Source: Candidatus Micrarchaeota archaeon
GTDB taxonomy: Archaea > Micrarchaeota > Micrarchaeia > Micrarchaeales > CABMGC01
Reading direction: 5' to 3'
Assembly (NCBI GenBank): GCA_021817505.1
Contig: JAKAUU010000016.1
Location: 2,844-66,843 of the forward strand
DNA: 64,000 nt
Positions 1-9,581 of this stretch are shown here, piece after piece; position 1 is the stretch's first letter; each line of letters starts with the position of its first letter. The notes under the pieces are model-generated. The model saw only the letters and a program-made list of their open reading frames with translations, was not told the origin of the DNA and made no database searches. A program made the position numbers and the translations under genes.

Positions 1-1
1 G

Positions 2-1414
2 CGCATAGTCGCCAATACTCTTGACCTGGGCAAGCAGATACTGCTCTTCTACAGCGCCAAGAGGAATACAGAAGCAGGAGCCGAGAGGCTCTCCCTGCTC
101 GTCTCTTCAAAGCTTAATGATGGAGAGAAGAAGAGGCTTGCAGAGGTCTCGAAGAGGATACTGGGGGCTCTTGGCAGACCGACTGCGCAGTGCGAGAAGC
201 TTGCAAAACTTGTTGAGAGGGGCGTTGCCTTCCATCACAGCGGCCTTGTAAACGAACAGAGGCATGAGGTCGAAGAGGCATTCAAATCGGGGCTCATAAA
301 GGCGATATGCTCGACTACCACCCTTGGGGTTGGAGTCAATCTGCCTGCGCATACGGTAGTCGTCAGGGACACAGTAAGATATGACGAGCAGTATGGGAGC
401 ACGCACATGAGCGTAAATGTTGTGACGCAGCTCTTCGGAAGGGCAGGTCGGCCGAAGTATGATAAGATGGGAAGGGCGCTGCTCATAGCGAAATCCAAGG
501 AGGACATGCGCGAGCTATACAACAGGTATATAGACGGCGAGCTCGAGCCTGTCGAGTCGAAGCTTGGCATGGAGAGCGTCCTCAGGACGCATCTGCTCTC
601 GTTTATAGCTACGCGGTTCTTGACTAGCAAGGAGTCCATATCGGACTTCATGTCAGGCACTTTCTACGGCTATCAGTACTCGGACATGGATGACCTTAAC
701 AGGATAGTCGGCAGGGTGCTGAACGAGCTTGAGGGATGGAACTTCATAGAGAGGCACGGCAGCGTCTACAAAGCCACTAGGATAGGCGAGAGGGTCAGCG
801 AATTGTACATAGATCCTATGTCGGGCAAGTGGATGATAGACTCGCTGCCTAATGCAAAGGACGTGTTGTCGATATTGTTCATGATATCGAATACGATAGA
901 GATGCGCCCGTACGTCAAGGTTATTGATGAGGCGGAGGAGCAGTTTGTCGTCTACCAGAAGATGATCGAGAATGAGGGCAGTTATATGATTTCTGAGGAG
1001 TTCGGCTACTATGATCCGCTGAAGCCTTTTTCGACGTCGATAATGCTGAATGACTGGATAAGCGAGAAGCACGAACAGGAGATAACTCTGAAGTACAAGA
1101 CGACTCCGGGAGCGATCTATACGAAGATAAACAATGCGGACTGGCTCCTCTACTCCGCTGCGGAGCTTGCGAAGCTGATAAAGAGCAGCTCCAGGCGGAT
1201 AATCGAGATGCGTGTACGCATGCGCTACGGGATAAAGGAGGAGCTGATGGATCTTGTGAGGCTTGAGGGGATAGGAAGGGCAAGGGCGCGCCTTCTCTTC
1301 TCGGAAGGGATTACTGACGTTAAAAGCCTGCGCAAAGATGGCTCGAGGGAGAGGGTGGAAAGGCTTCTTGGCAAGGAATTGGCAAGGCATATCTACGATC
1401 AATTGAACGGATGA
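2..1414 (+). CDS. hel308: Hel308/Ski2-like SF2 helicase, C-terminal part (5' end lies outside the window)
   Basis: Frame 2 is open from the window edge. Hand translation of 2-406 gives ...ILLFYSAKRNTEAGAERL...GVAFHHSGL...ICSTTTLGVGVNLPAHTVVVRD, continuous with tracked ORF 407-1414 (QLFGRAGRP = helicase motif VI). The C-terminus has an HhH-like GIGRARARLL segment typical of Hel308 domain 5. Confidence 0.85.
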   Translation, partial: RIVANTLDLGKQILLFYSAKRNTEAGAERLSLLVSSKLNDGEKKRLAEVSKRILGALGRPTAQCEKLAKLVERGVAFHHSGLVNEQRHEVEEAFKSGLIKAICSTTTLGVGVNLPAHTVVVRDTVRYDEQYGSTHMSVNVVTQLFGRAGRPKYDKMGRALLIAKSKEDMRELYNRYIDGELEPVESKLGMESVLRTHLLSFIATRFLTSKESISDFMSGTFYGYQYSDMDDLNRIVGRVLNELEGWNFIERHGSVYKATRIGERVSELYIDPMSGKWMIDSLPNAKDVLSILFMISNTIEMRPYVKVIDEAEEQFVVYQKMIENEGSYMISEEFGYYDPLKPFSTSIMLNDWISEKHEQEITLKYKTTPGAIYTKINNADWLLYSAAELAKLIKSSSRRIIEMRVRMRYGIKEELMDLVRLEGIGRARARLLFSEGITDVKSLRKDGSRERVERLLGKELARHIYDQLNG

Positions 1415-1504
1415 GCTCTTTTCCTCGTGTAATTCCGCTAATGGAATTTACAGAAAGCTTAATAAAAATGAGCAAATACTATAAGTTCAGTTTTAAGGCG
1501 ACTG

Positions 1505-1879
1505 GTGAAAAAAATGGGAGTTTTTGATAAGCTTGGTCAGACATTTGGCCAACAGGGAAAGGACATGGATCTCGGAGACTACATGAGCGCTGTAGAGATG
1601 GAAGATGTAGACGTAATGCACGAACCTGCAGACATGTACATCAAGCCTGTATCTATATCAAGCGAGGATGAAGTCAAGTCTGTTGAGGACGAACTTGCCA
1701 AGAAGAACATAATACTTCTTGACATAACTGAACTGAACAAGAGGCCAACTACAAGAAGCAATGTCGTATCTGAGCTTAAGAGATTCACTGCAAAGATAAA
1801 CGGGGACATAGGCCAGATAGACCAGACAAGGATACTGCTGACACCTGGAAAGGTAAAGATAATAAAGAGGAAGAAGTAG
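1505..1879 (+). CDS. sepF: SepF-like cell division protein (FtsZ anchor, DUF552 family)
   Basis: 124 aa with an acidic N-terminal half followed by a SepF-core-like pattern (KPVSISSEDEVKSVEDELAKKNIILLDITEL...GDIGQIDQTRILLTP). Two ftsZ genes lie 2.5 kb away. The tracked start 1505 is GTG; the in-frame ATG at 1514 (MGVFDKL) is an alternative. Confidence 0.65.
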   Translation: MKKMGVFDKLGQTFGQQGKDMDLGDYMSAVEMEDVDVMHEPADMYIKPVSISSEDEVKSVEDELAKKNIILLDITELNKRPTTRSNVVSELKRFTAKINGDIGQIDQTRILLTPGKVKIIKRKK

Positions 1880-1882
1880 TTA

Positions 1883-2503
1883 TCACTCCTTTAAGGCGGT
1901 TATTAGGGCGTGCACCTCGGTGCCGCTCGGCTGGGACGCAGAGACCATTCTTCGGAAGACTGCGCTCACAGCCTTTTTGTTTCTTATCCTTTTCTTTTCA
2001 AGAGAGCTATCGAAGATCTTGAATAGGTAGTTAAGCTCCTTCCTCTCAACCTTCCTGCTAGATATATCCTTGTATATGGGCAGCATCTTCTGCTTTGTGA
2101 ACTCGTAGAGTATGAGCGAAAGCGCATGCGAGATGTTCAGCACCGGATAGTTCTTGTCAGTAGCTATGTACATGACCATGTCGCACTCCTCTATCTCCTT
2201 GGCGCTCAGCCCCGTATCATCCCTGCCTATAAGTATGCCGATTACAGCTTCCTTCCCGAATCTCTTCAGCTTCTGGGCGGAATTCTGGAGCAGGAAGATC
2301 CGCTTGAAGGTGCGGTTGGCCTTCTCCCATATGCCGGTTGTGCCTATCACTATGGTACACTCCCTTGTAGCTTCGGCTATGCTCCCGTAGACCTTTGCAT
2401 TCTTCAATAATGAGCTGGCATGCTTTGAGAACATGATGGACTTGCTTCCCGTAAGCTTTGCCCTTGGCTTAACGAAATAGAGCTTCTTTATCCCGAAGTT
2501 CAT
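1883..2503 (-). CDS. SpoU/TrmH-family RNA 2'-O-methyltransferase (aTrmJ-like)
   Basis: SpoU-type pattern: VIGTTG..., ILIGRDDTGLSAKEIEECD, NISHALSLILYE. The conserved N-terminal motif-1 region (LRFKIIIVEPKYQINIGYIARVS) is encoded in frame upstream of the first ATG (2504-2572) with no ATG/GTG/TTG available; see findings. Confidence 0.8.
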   Translation of the reverse strand: MNFGIKKLYFVKPRAKLTGSKSIMFSKHASSLLKNAKVYGSIAEATRECTIVIGTTGIWEKANRTFKRIFLLQNSAQKLKRFGKEAVIGILIGRDDTGLSAKEIEECDMVMYIATDKNYPVLNISHALSLILYEFTKQKMLPIYKDISSRKVERKELNYLFKIFDSSLEKKRIRNKKAVSAVFRRMVSASQPSGTEVHALITALKE

Positions 2504-2573
2504 CGAGACTCTGGCTATGTACCCTATGTTTATCTGGTACTTCGGCTCTACTATTATTATCTTGAAGCGCAGA

Positions 2574-3338
2574 TTATCGCCACATTATTACAAGCAGGGC
2601 CGAGACCGCAAGTGAGTTTACAAGTATGTGCGTTATTATGCTTGGGTAGAGCGATCCCGATTTCTTGAAGACATAGCCTGCAAGCAGTCCGAAGAACATC
2701 GCGGCTATGACCTCTATCGCAAAGGTCGAATCGTAGCTGGCATGCAGAAGGCCGAATATTACTGCGCTTACGACTATGCCTACCCAGTTAGAATCGTAGC
2801 CCGATCTTAGGAACCTCGATATTGTAGTGTTTGAGATAAGGTTTATCCTGTCTATAAGAAAGCCCCTGAATACTATCTCCTCGTTTATCGGCTCTATCAC
2901 TGCAGTGAATATATAGAACCATAAGGGTGCGCCGGTGAAGAGTACACTCGCATTGGTGTTTATGGTTATGTTTGAGAAGCCTTCGAAAGCCGAGACTGCA
3001 ATCTCGAACAGCAGTATTGTTACAAAGAGAAGAAATCCTATCCATGCTGCATTTAGGGAGATGCTCTCCTTAGACAGGCCCAGGGAGCGCAGAGTTGTGC
3101 CTATGCTCTCCCTTCTGTAGAACTTTGAATAGAGAAATATGGCTATCGATAATGAGAGAAGGACCTCTGTCTCCAGCACGAAGTTGAAGGAATTCAGAGA
3201 GATTATACCAGCAGCATATGCGCCGTATGCGAGTATTCCGAGAAATCCTGCCGAGAATATGTAAAATAGGATTAGTACTATGAGCGAGATGCTCCATTGC
3301 GATAGATGCTGCATGTAGCTCTCAGTCAAAAGGCGCAC
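2574..3338 (-). CDS. CPBP-family intramembrane glutamic protease (CAAX protease/Abi family)
   Basis: Polytopic membrane protein carrying all three CPBP motifs: EEIVFR (EExxxR), FGLLH (FxxxH) and HILVN (HxxxN). Confidence 0.8.
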   Translation of the reverse strand: MRLLTESYMQHLSQWSISLIVLILFYIFSAGFLGILAYGAYAAGIISLNSFNFVLETEVLLSLSIAIFLYSKFYRRESIGTTLRSLGLSKESISLNAAWIGFLLFVTILLFEIAVSAFEGFSNITINTNASVLFTGAPLWFYIFTAVIEPINEEIVFRGFLIDRINLISNTTISRFLRSGYDSNWVGIVVSAVIFGLLHASYDSTFAIEVIAAMFFGLLAGYVFKKSGSLYPSIITHILVNSLAVSALLVIMWR

Positions 3339-3476
3339 CTATTTGCCTTTGAACTCAGTGTACCTGCATCTGCCGCATGAATACCTGTCCTTATGATCAG
3401 CCATTCTGGCTCCGCACTTCGGGCAGTACTTGCTTCCCGGCTTGTATGCGCTCGTTTTTTTGCCTTCTTTTGCCAT
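3339..3476 (-). CDS. rps27ae: 30S ribosomal protein S27ae (eS31), 45 aa, below the ORF-track length cutoff
   Basis: Hand translation of the minus strand gives [45 protein letters not shown], a CxxC...CxxC zinc ribbon. It sits 12 nt downstream of S24e, which is the conserved archaeal S24e-S27ae gene pair. Confidence 0.8.
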   Translation of the reverse strand: MAKEGKKTSAYKPGSKYCPKCGARMADHKDRYSCGRCRYTEFKGK

Positions 3477-3488
3477 TTGATCATCCGA

Positions 3489-3842
3489 TTACTCGCTCTT
3501 CTCCTCAGGTTTTGCATCCTCCTTTGCAGGCTCTGCTTCCTTCTTTGCAGGCTCTGCGGCTTTTGCGATCGCCTGCTTCTTCTTTGCGCTGAGCTTGAAT
3601 GCGCCTCTCTGCTTCGCCTCCTTTGTCAGGTAGGCATAAGCCGTTATTGTGCATCTCTTCTGTCCGTATTCCTGGTCTATGCTCACAATCTCAACCATCT
3701 CCGGATCAAGATTCTTCTTCTTGCACAGCTCCTCCTTGACCTCGGCCCTGGTAGGGGTCTTGGCCTTATAGCTAGCATTTGCCTTTATCTCCTTTCTCTC
3801 AAACAGCTTGTTCTCGTGCTCTTTCTCTATGTTAAGTTCCAT
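3489..3842 (-). CDS. rps24e: 30S ribosomal protein S24e with a Lys/Ala/Pro/Glu-rich C-terminal tail
   Basis: MELNIEKEHENKLFERKEIKA...PTRAEVKEELCKK...VEIVSIDQEYG matches the S24e pattern. It is followed by S27ae and preceded by aIF5A. The roughly 30-aa tail reads AKAAEPAKKEAEPAKEDAKPEEKSE. Confidence 0.85.
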   Translation of the reverse strand: MELNIEKEHENKLFERKEIKANASYKAKTPTRAEVKEELCKKKNLDPEMVEIVSIDQEYGQKRCTITAYAYLTKEAKQRGAFKLSAKKKQAIAKAAEPAKKEAEPAKEDAKPEEKSE

Positions 3843-3843
3843 T

Positions 3844-4248
3844 CTAACCGCCCATTACTCTTGATATCGCTTTTCTTCCCGAAGCCTCCATGATCTCTAT
3901 CTCAGAACCCGCTTTTACGCTGTGCTTCATATCATCAGGTATCGGCAGATCGAAAGTCTCATATGTCTCAAGGTCCATGACCTGTGCAGTAGTGTCGGTA
4001 ACCGAGACCACCTGGGCCTTCTTCTTCGTTATCACAGGCACCTCTATGTCTCCTGAGCTAGGCTTCAGAAGGGTCTTCTTCTGGCCATCGAAGATGCCTA
4101 TTCCGGTTATGCGCATCTTTGCTGCTCCGTGCTTGCCGGGGGCAGAGGTCTCTATGTCAACTACCCTGCATGCTATCCCGTCTATCATTACGAAGCGGCC
4201 TACCTTTAGGTCCTTCATTGATCCATATGTTATTTCGTCTGTCACCAA
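3844..4248 (-). CDS. eif5a: Translation initiation factor 5A (aIF5A)
   Basis: Hypusine loop TSAPGKHGAAK, an N-terminal SH3-like domain and a C-terminal OB domain; 134 aa. Confidence 0.9.
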   Translation of the reverse strand: MVTDEITYGSMKDLKVGRFVMIDGIACRVVDIETSAPGKHGAAKMRITGIGIFDGQKKTLLKPSSGDIEVPVITKKKAQVVSVTDTTAQVMDLETYETFDLPIPDDMKHSVKAGSEIEIMEASGRKAISRVMGG

Positions 4249-4381
4249 ACCAGCTTCTCAAAAGATTTAATATGCAAAACAAGCGAACCTGTTTCTATTA
4301 TCATAGCAGTATTAACTAGGAAAAATTTATAAATGCAATTAGCAGGCCTGTTGAATACAGGCCTGCCATCGAACAAATAAT

Positions 4382-5413
4382 TCAGTAGATGGACTGCAGA
4401 GCTTCCAGTCGCATAGGCGCCACGTGCTCGTTGACCTTCTTGTCTCCGAACTTCGCCTTCACTCCAGTCACTATCGACATTACCCTTATCTCCTCGCCCA
4501 GCTCCGGAAGCATGCGTGCCCCGAAGATCACGTTTGCATCTCCTGCAACGCCTTCGGTTACCCCGTTTGCTATCGCCGTAGCCTCGCTTATGGTAAGGTT
4601 GCTGCCTCCTGTGACCTGTATGAGTGCACCCTTCGCCCCGTCATTCTCAACTGATAGCAACGGATGCGCCAGAGTCGACTTTATGACCTGCTCCACTCTG
4701 CCAGGACCCTTTCCGGATCCCAGGCTTATTACGGCTGTGCCTGTGTTTCTTACAACCGTGTTAAGATCGGCAAAGTCCAGGTTTATCAGGCTTGGGAAGT
4801 ATATCGTGTCTGATATTCCCTTTACAGCGTTGCCCGTTATATTGTCTACGAACTCAAAGGCCTTGTCCATTGGAAGGTTTGGAACGTATGAGAGCAGCTT
4901 GTCGTTCTCAACGACTATGGTGCAGTCGGCTTCCTTGTTCAGGCGCTCTATGCCCCACTCTGCCTTTATCTTCCTGCTCCTCTCAAGCGCAAATGGATAC
5001 GTGACAGTCGCTATTACCGTTGCGCCTACCTCGCGTGCTATGTGTGCGACTATAGGAGCTGAACCTGTTCCTGTCCCTCCTCCCATGCCTGCAGCGATGA
5101 AGACCAGGCTGTAACCCTCAAGGGCCTGCCTTATCTCCTCCTTGCTGACCTCTGCACACTTTTCAGCTACCTCTGGGAAGCCGCCTGCCCCCAGGCCATT
5201 TGTTATGCTCTTTCCTATGAGCAGCTTCTTGTCAGCCTTTATTATGTTCAGATGTGCTATATCTGTGTTTATAGCTATCTTGTCAGCGCTCTGCATGCCG
5301 TATTTGGATAGCCTGTTGACAAGGTTGCTACCCTGTCCTCCGCAACCCACAACCGCTATCCTCGGCTTGAAGGCATCATAGTCGAACTGCTCGTTTCCCA
5401 TTCTCGCACCCAT
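4382..5413 (-). CDS. ftsZ: Cell division GTPase FtsZ, paralog B
   Basis: GCGGQGSN P-loop region, tubulin signature GGGTGTGSAP, and T7-loop region LINLDFADL. Confidence 0.9.
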   Translation of the reverse strand: MGARMGNEQFDYDAFKPRIAVVGCGGQGSNLVNRLSKYGMQSADKIAINTDIAHLNIIKADKKLLIGKSITNGLGAGGFPEVAEKCAEVSKEEIRQALEGYSLVFIAAGMGGGTGTGSAPIVAHIAREVGATVIATVTYPFALERSRKIKAEWGIERLNKEADCTIVVENDKLLSYVPNLPMDKAFEFVDNITGNAVKGISDTIYFPSLINLDFADLNTVVRNTGTAVISLGSGKGPGRVEQVIKSTLAHPLLSVENDGAKGALIQVTGGSNLTISEATAIANGVTEGVAGDANVIFGARMLPELGEEIRVMSIVTGVKAKFGDKKVNEHVAPMRLEALQSIY

Positions 5414-5437
5414 CTATCCCTAAATATAAAAGGGATC

Positions 5438-6487
5438 TCAAATGAGATCCAAGTCATACTTCGCAGATTTTTCCTCGCTGCTGAACTTTCCGGCTATGGA
5501 TGAGCCCTTGACTCCGGTTACTATGGCCACTATCTCTATCTGGCCTTCGTAGCCTGGAATTATCCTTGCTCCCCACTTTATGTTTGCCTTAGGGTCCATG
5601 CGTTCGGTTATTATCTCTCCTGCGTGTATTGCGTCTCCGAGGCTCAGGTCAGATGCTCCTGATATGTGGATCAGTGCACCCTTCGCGTTCTCGAAGTCCA
5701 CGTCAAGCAGCTTGTTCTTTATTACAGCTTCTGCCGCGGCAGTTACCTTCTCGTTGCCCTTTCCTACTCCTACGGATATGAAGCCTACGTCTCCGCTGCC
5801 CATGATCGACCTTACGTCTGCAAAGTCTATGTTGATCAGGCTCGGCTGCGTTATTGTCCAGACAAGTCCGCCTATTGCCTTTGCAAGTATGTCATCTGCA
5901 ACTGCGAATGCCTCGTTCATTGGCAGGTTAGGAACCAGCTTTACGAGCCTGTTGTTATCCAGGATTATAACGCTGTCGCTGAACTTTCTCAGCTTCTGGA
6001 TACCCTCCTCTGCCTTTACCTTTCTTACTCTTTCGAGGTCGAATGGGTATGTTACCATCGCGACTACTATAGCGCCCTGCTCCTTTGCTATCTGGGCCAC
6101 TACCGGCATTGCGCCTGTTCCTGTTCCTCCTCCCATACCTGCGCACAGGAAGACGAGTTGCGCCCCATTTATTACCTCTTCTATTGCCTGCCTGTCAGCC
6201 TCTGCTGCCTTGGCTCCTACTTCAGGAGTTCCACCGGCTCCGAGACCTCTTGTCAGGCTCTTTCCAATAAGGACCTTCTTTATTCGGTCGTCAAGCATCT
6301 TAAAGTGCTGAACGTCCGTGTTAATTGCTACGAGATCCGTACCTTTAACACCGCTCTTCAGCAGCCTCTGTGCTGTGTTGTTGCCACCTCCTCCTACCCC
6401 TATGGTGACTATTTTTATCTGGGGTGTAGAGTTGCTGTCCAGTTCTTCGCTCTTATTCGCAAGAAACTCGCTAGAGAAATCCACCAT
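5438..6487 (-). CDS. ftsZ: Cell division GTPase FtsZ, paralog A
   Basis: GVGGGGNN, tubulin signature GGGTGTGAMP, LINIDFADV, and a C-terminal tail ending KYDLDLI. It lies directly upstream of the second ftsZ with a 24-nt gap. Confidence 0.9.
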   Translation of the reverse strand: MVDFSSEFLANKSEELDSNSTPQIKIVTIGVGGGGNNTAQRLLKSGVKGTDLVAINTDVQHFKMLDDRIKKVLIGKSLTRGLGAGGTPEVGAKAAEADRQAIEEVINGAQLVFLCAGMGGGTGTGAMPVVAQIAKEQGAIVVAMVTYPFDLERVRKVKAEEGIQKLRKFSDSVIILDNNRLVKLVPNLPMNEAFAVADDILAKAIGGLVWTITQPSLINIDFADVRSIMGSGDVGFISVGVGKGNEKVTAAAEAVIKNKLLDVDFENAKGALIHISGASDLSLGDAIHAGEIITERMDPKANIKWGARIIPGYEGQIEIVAIVTGVKGSSIAGKFSSEEKSAKYDLDLI

Positions 6488-6663
6488 GCGATCGCCAGTT
6501 TATATAAACTATTGAATATGTTTAAATATCTTTTGTATGCGTCTTAGTAATGGAACTGCTTATACTTTAATAAATTTCATATACTTAGGTAAAGAATTTT
6601 TAATGGAGATCATGGATTTTTGCATGGTTTTTGCGCAGAATTTGCATAAGGATAAGCATATTG

Positions 6664-6679
6664 CAGCATGAACATGCTG
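6664..6679 (-). terminator. Perfect 7-bp stem hairpin (cagcatg-aa-catgctg) 15 nt downstream of the lig stop
   Basis: The inverted repeat was read directly in the sequence. No adjacent oligo-T run, so a terminator role is speculative. Confidence 0.25.
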
Positions 6680-6693
6680 TTCATGGGGCCCGT

Positions 6694-8472
6694 TCATCCT
6701 GAGAGCTTCGACTTCCTCTGCATCTCGAACATCTCGATTACCTCCTTCGTTGTCGTCGCGTCTTCTGCGCTCTTGTCCTCCCTTATGCCGTCGCTGACAA
6801 GACGCGGGAAGCGCAGCGCGTAGCCCTTTCCGTTGTTTATCCCGCAGGTGTGCATGCTCGACTGCGTTATCTCGTCGGCCCTCACCGTTACTATGAATTT
6901 GGGGTCTACCCAGAAATCAGGCTCGACGACGGCATTCACCCTTGCAGGCCTGTGCTTCGACTTTATCTCGTCAAGAGCCTTCTTCAGCGATTTCATCTGC
7001 GCTTCACTGAAGCCCGTGCCTATCCTTGTTATCGTCTCGAAAACGTCATCCTTCTCGTTATAGACACCGGCGAGAAGCCCTCCGAACTTGAACTCTGCCC
7101 TTAGCCCCTTTCCCAGATAGTATCCAAGGATTACGAGATCAAGAGTGTCTGAGAGTTCGCCCTTGTAGCTCCTCTTCAGCTTTATCCATGAGAACTTCCT
7201 CGCGCCTGCTATATACTTGGAATTCAGCTCTTTCGCCATTATCCCTTCCAGACCGTCCTCTATCACATTGTTGAAGTACTCGTCTATTTTCTTCGGGTCC
7301 TTGGTCACGATCCTGTCCGAGAGCCTTATCATCCTCCTTTTCTTAAGGACAGATTCGAGAAGTTTTCTCCTTTCATGGTAAGGCCTGGTCATCGTCTCCT
7401 TTCCGTTAAGATACATTATGTCGAATGAAAAGAGGGTTAGCGGCATCTCCCTGGACATCTCCTCGACCCCATGCTTCCTCTTCCTCTGTATGGTCTCCTG
7501 GAATGGGAGGAACTGGTCCGTGGATTCGTTGTACCCTATAGCTTCTCCCTCTATTATTGCAGAATCGGCGTCTATCTCATCCAATGCGGCTTTGACTACC
7601 TCGGGGAACATTGGCGTCAGCACCTCAAGGTTCCTGGAGTATATCTCCACCTTTTTCCTCTTCCTGTCCATGTGTATCTGCTGCCTCAGCCCGTCGTATT
7701 TCGACTCTATTGCGCACTCCCCGTGCGTCTTTTCCAGGATCTCCTCTGCTGTCGGAAGACGCTCTGCAAGAGCAGGTCTTATCGGGCTGAAGAGCCCGAC
7801 CTCTATTGCCTCTATGCCTTTTATGCCGTCCTTTGATATTATCTCTCCGATCCTGCCAAGGTCGCTGCATATGTTGTATGCGTTCTCCAGGACAGGCTTG
7901 GAATCCCTGCTGCCGGTGAATGCCTTTGAGAGCGCCTCTAGTATCGTCGCATCGCCGAGTCCCAGGCGAAGCCTTCCGAGGGCAAATCTTGTTATGTAGC
8001 GTGCTTCGAGAGGGGATGATGCTGAGAGCATCTCCATGAGCATCCTTATCTTCAGCTCCTGGCTGCCCGTGCCTCCTGTCTTCGCTATCCTGTGCATCGA
8101 TTCATATATGTCGTTTACTTCGAAGCGCTTCGAATTTATCCGCTTCAGCTTCGACTTTGCGCAGAATGATTCCGCAGTAGTTCCGAGGTCTCCGGATCTT
8201 TTGTAAGCATCTATTACCGAGTCTTTCGAATAGCCCGTTGCCGCAGCTATTGCCTGCTCTGCAAAGCTCTCCGCCATGCCTATGACTATGCCCTCGAATG
8301 ACGGGCTTAATACGCCCTGTGTCAGGTATATGAGGTGTTTTATCTCATCTGAAGAGGATTTTGAGAGAAGCTCCGAGAGTATGTCTATCATCTCCAGCCT
8401 TGAGCTCGTACCCTCGAGCTTTTCATAATAAGAAGCAGTATCTTTGAACAACATGTTACCGCTATTAGTCAT
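6694..8472 (-). CDS. lig: ATP-dependent DNA ligase
   Basis: Adenylation motif I ESKYDGLR, further nucleotidyltransferase motifs (EGIMAK, WIKLK), and a C-terminal OB domain; 592 aa. Confidence 0.9.
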   Translation of the reverse strand: MTNSGNMLFKDTASYYEKLEGTSSRLEMIDILSELLSKSSSDEIKHLIYLTQGVLSPSFEGIVIGMAESFAEQAIAAATGYSKDSVIDAYKRSGDLGTTAESFCAKSKLKRINSKRFEVNDIYESMHRIAKTGGTGSQELKIRMLMEMLSASSPLEARYITRFALGRLRLGLGDATILEALSKAFTGSRDSKPVLENAYNICSDLGRIGEIISKDGIKGIEAIEVGLFSPIRPALAERLPTAEEILEKTHGECAIESKYDGLRQQIHMDRKRKKVEIYSRNLEVLTPMFPEVVKAALDEIDADSAIIEGEAIGYNESTDQFLPFQETIQRKRKHGVEEMSREMPLTLFSFDIMYLNGKETMTRPYHERRKLLESVLKKRRMIRLSDRIVTKDPKKIDEYFNNVIEDGLEGIMAKELNSKYIAGARKFSWIKLKRSYKGELSDTLDLVILGYYLGKGLRAEFKFGGLLAGVYNEKDDVFETITRIGTGFSEAQMKSLKKALDEIKSKHRPARVNAVVEPDFWVDPKFIVTVRADEITQSSMHTCGINNGKGYALRFPRLVSDGIREDKSAEDATTTKEVIEMFEMQRKSKLSG

Positions 8473-8572
8473 GTTTTTAGGTTTATATATTTGTCTGAAA
8501 TGCGGTCAGCAGCCAGAGTAAGCTGATGCTGCCGTTCGTATGGCACGTGCAGATAATGAGGGGTTTCCATGA

Positions 8573-9487
8573 TCAGGACTGCATGAATGCGCTCGGTATC
8601 GGGGCATACATCTTCTTGAACTGCCTTTTGCCGGAGAAATAGTCGTACATGACCATCTTGTAAAGATTTACTTCGCCCTGCATAAGGGTAAGGTAGATTA
8701 TGCCGACAATGGATGCACCGAGGATAACATAATATACTGCGCTGAATTCCAGGAATATGGTAAATCCAATAACTCCATACATGAAGATCACCGCACCGAT
8801 GACCATGGCGATTAGCAGTATCTTGAATACAGCGGTGTTGGTTAACGCCTTTGCCTTAATTGTGCGCTTTAGGCGGGTCTTTCCCAGAGCAAGGTTTAGC
8901 ATTGCTGAGATGATGCTGTTTTTATACATGAGCTGCGAGCTTAACACAGTTGATTTTATCGGACCTGTTTTTTTGTCTATGATTATTGGCGTTACAAAAA
9001 AACTGGATACTCCCAGGGTAATTCCGGCTGCGATTGCGGCCAGCTCGGAAAATATGAATTTTCCGCTGAATCCAATGCGGGATAATAAGTAGATGAACAC
9101 GCCTTCGAATATGGCCCACTCAAATATCAGCTTTGAGTATTGCCTTGCTTCAGATAGTCCTTTGAGTATGTGCGGTTTGCCGCCGTCAAGCAATATCTCC
9201 CTGAAATTCAATACCATGGCAAAGGAGAAGTAATACAGCGTGTATACCGCTGCGATCAGCATGGCTATGAACCCGAAGGTAACGTATAATGTAAAGAAAG
9301 ACCGTGGAACAACAAAAAAGAGCGCGAAATATGCGACAATCTCAAAGCCAATGACAAAAGAAGACAACAGCATATAATCGAGTATCCTGCGGTTGTCGTA
9401 TACGAACACATTGACGTTGAAGGATATTGTCTGGATTGCCTCTGCTGTAGGGTCTGAATCTGCACTTTGACCGGCAGCCTGTGGCAA
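8573..9487 (-). CDS. Polytopic membrane protein, function unknown
   Basis: 304 aa with about 7 hydrophobic segments. No recognisable catalytic motif. Confidence 0.5.
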   Translation of the reverse strand: MPQAAGQSADSDPTAEAIQTISFNVNVFVYDNRRILDYMLLSSFVIGFEIVAYFALFFVVPRSFFTLYVTFGFIAMLIAAVYTLYYFSFAMVLNFREILLDGGKPHILKGLSEARQYSKLIFEWAIFEGVFIYLLSRIGFSGKFIFSELAAIAAGITLGVSSFFVTPIIIDKKTGPIKSTVLSSQLMYKNSIISAMLNLALGKTRLKRTIKAKALTNTAVFKILLIAMVIGAVIFMYGVIGFTIFLEFSAVYYVILGASIVGIIYLTLMQGEVNLYKMVMYDYFSGKRQFKKMYAPIPSAFMQS

Positions 9488-9581
9488 GATAATCGATACA
9501 GCTTATCCTATAAAAACTTAATAAATGATGCATATTGCCCGCATTTTAAAGAGATGAGAACTGTACCTGATGCAATGTTTG

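Noticed and set aside
3393-3893. 166-aa plus-strand ORF rich in Leu and Cys
   Set aside because: It is antisense to S24e, S27ae and the aIF5A 3' end. The composition is implausible and the minus-strand genes are well supported.
5580-6547. 243-aa and 293-aa plus-strand ORFs (also 4389-5114)
   Set aside because: They are antisense to the two ftsZ genes, with low-complexity Ser/Pro/Ala or Cys/Tyr-rich translations. FtsZ signatures unambiguously define the minus strand as coding.
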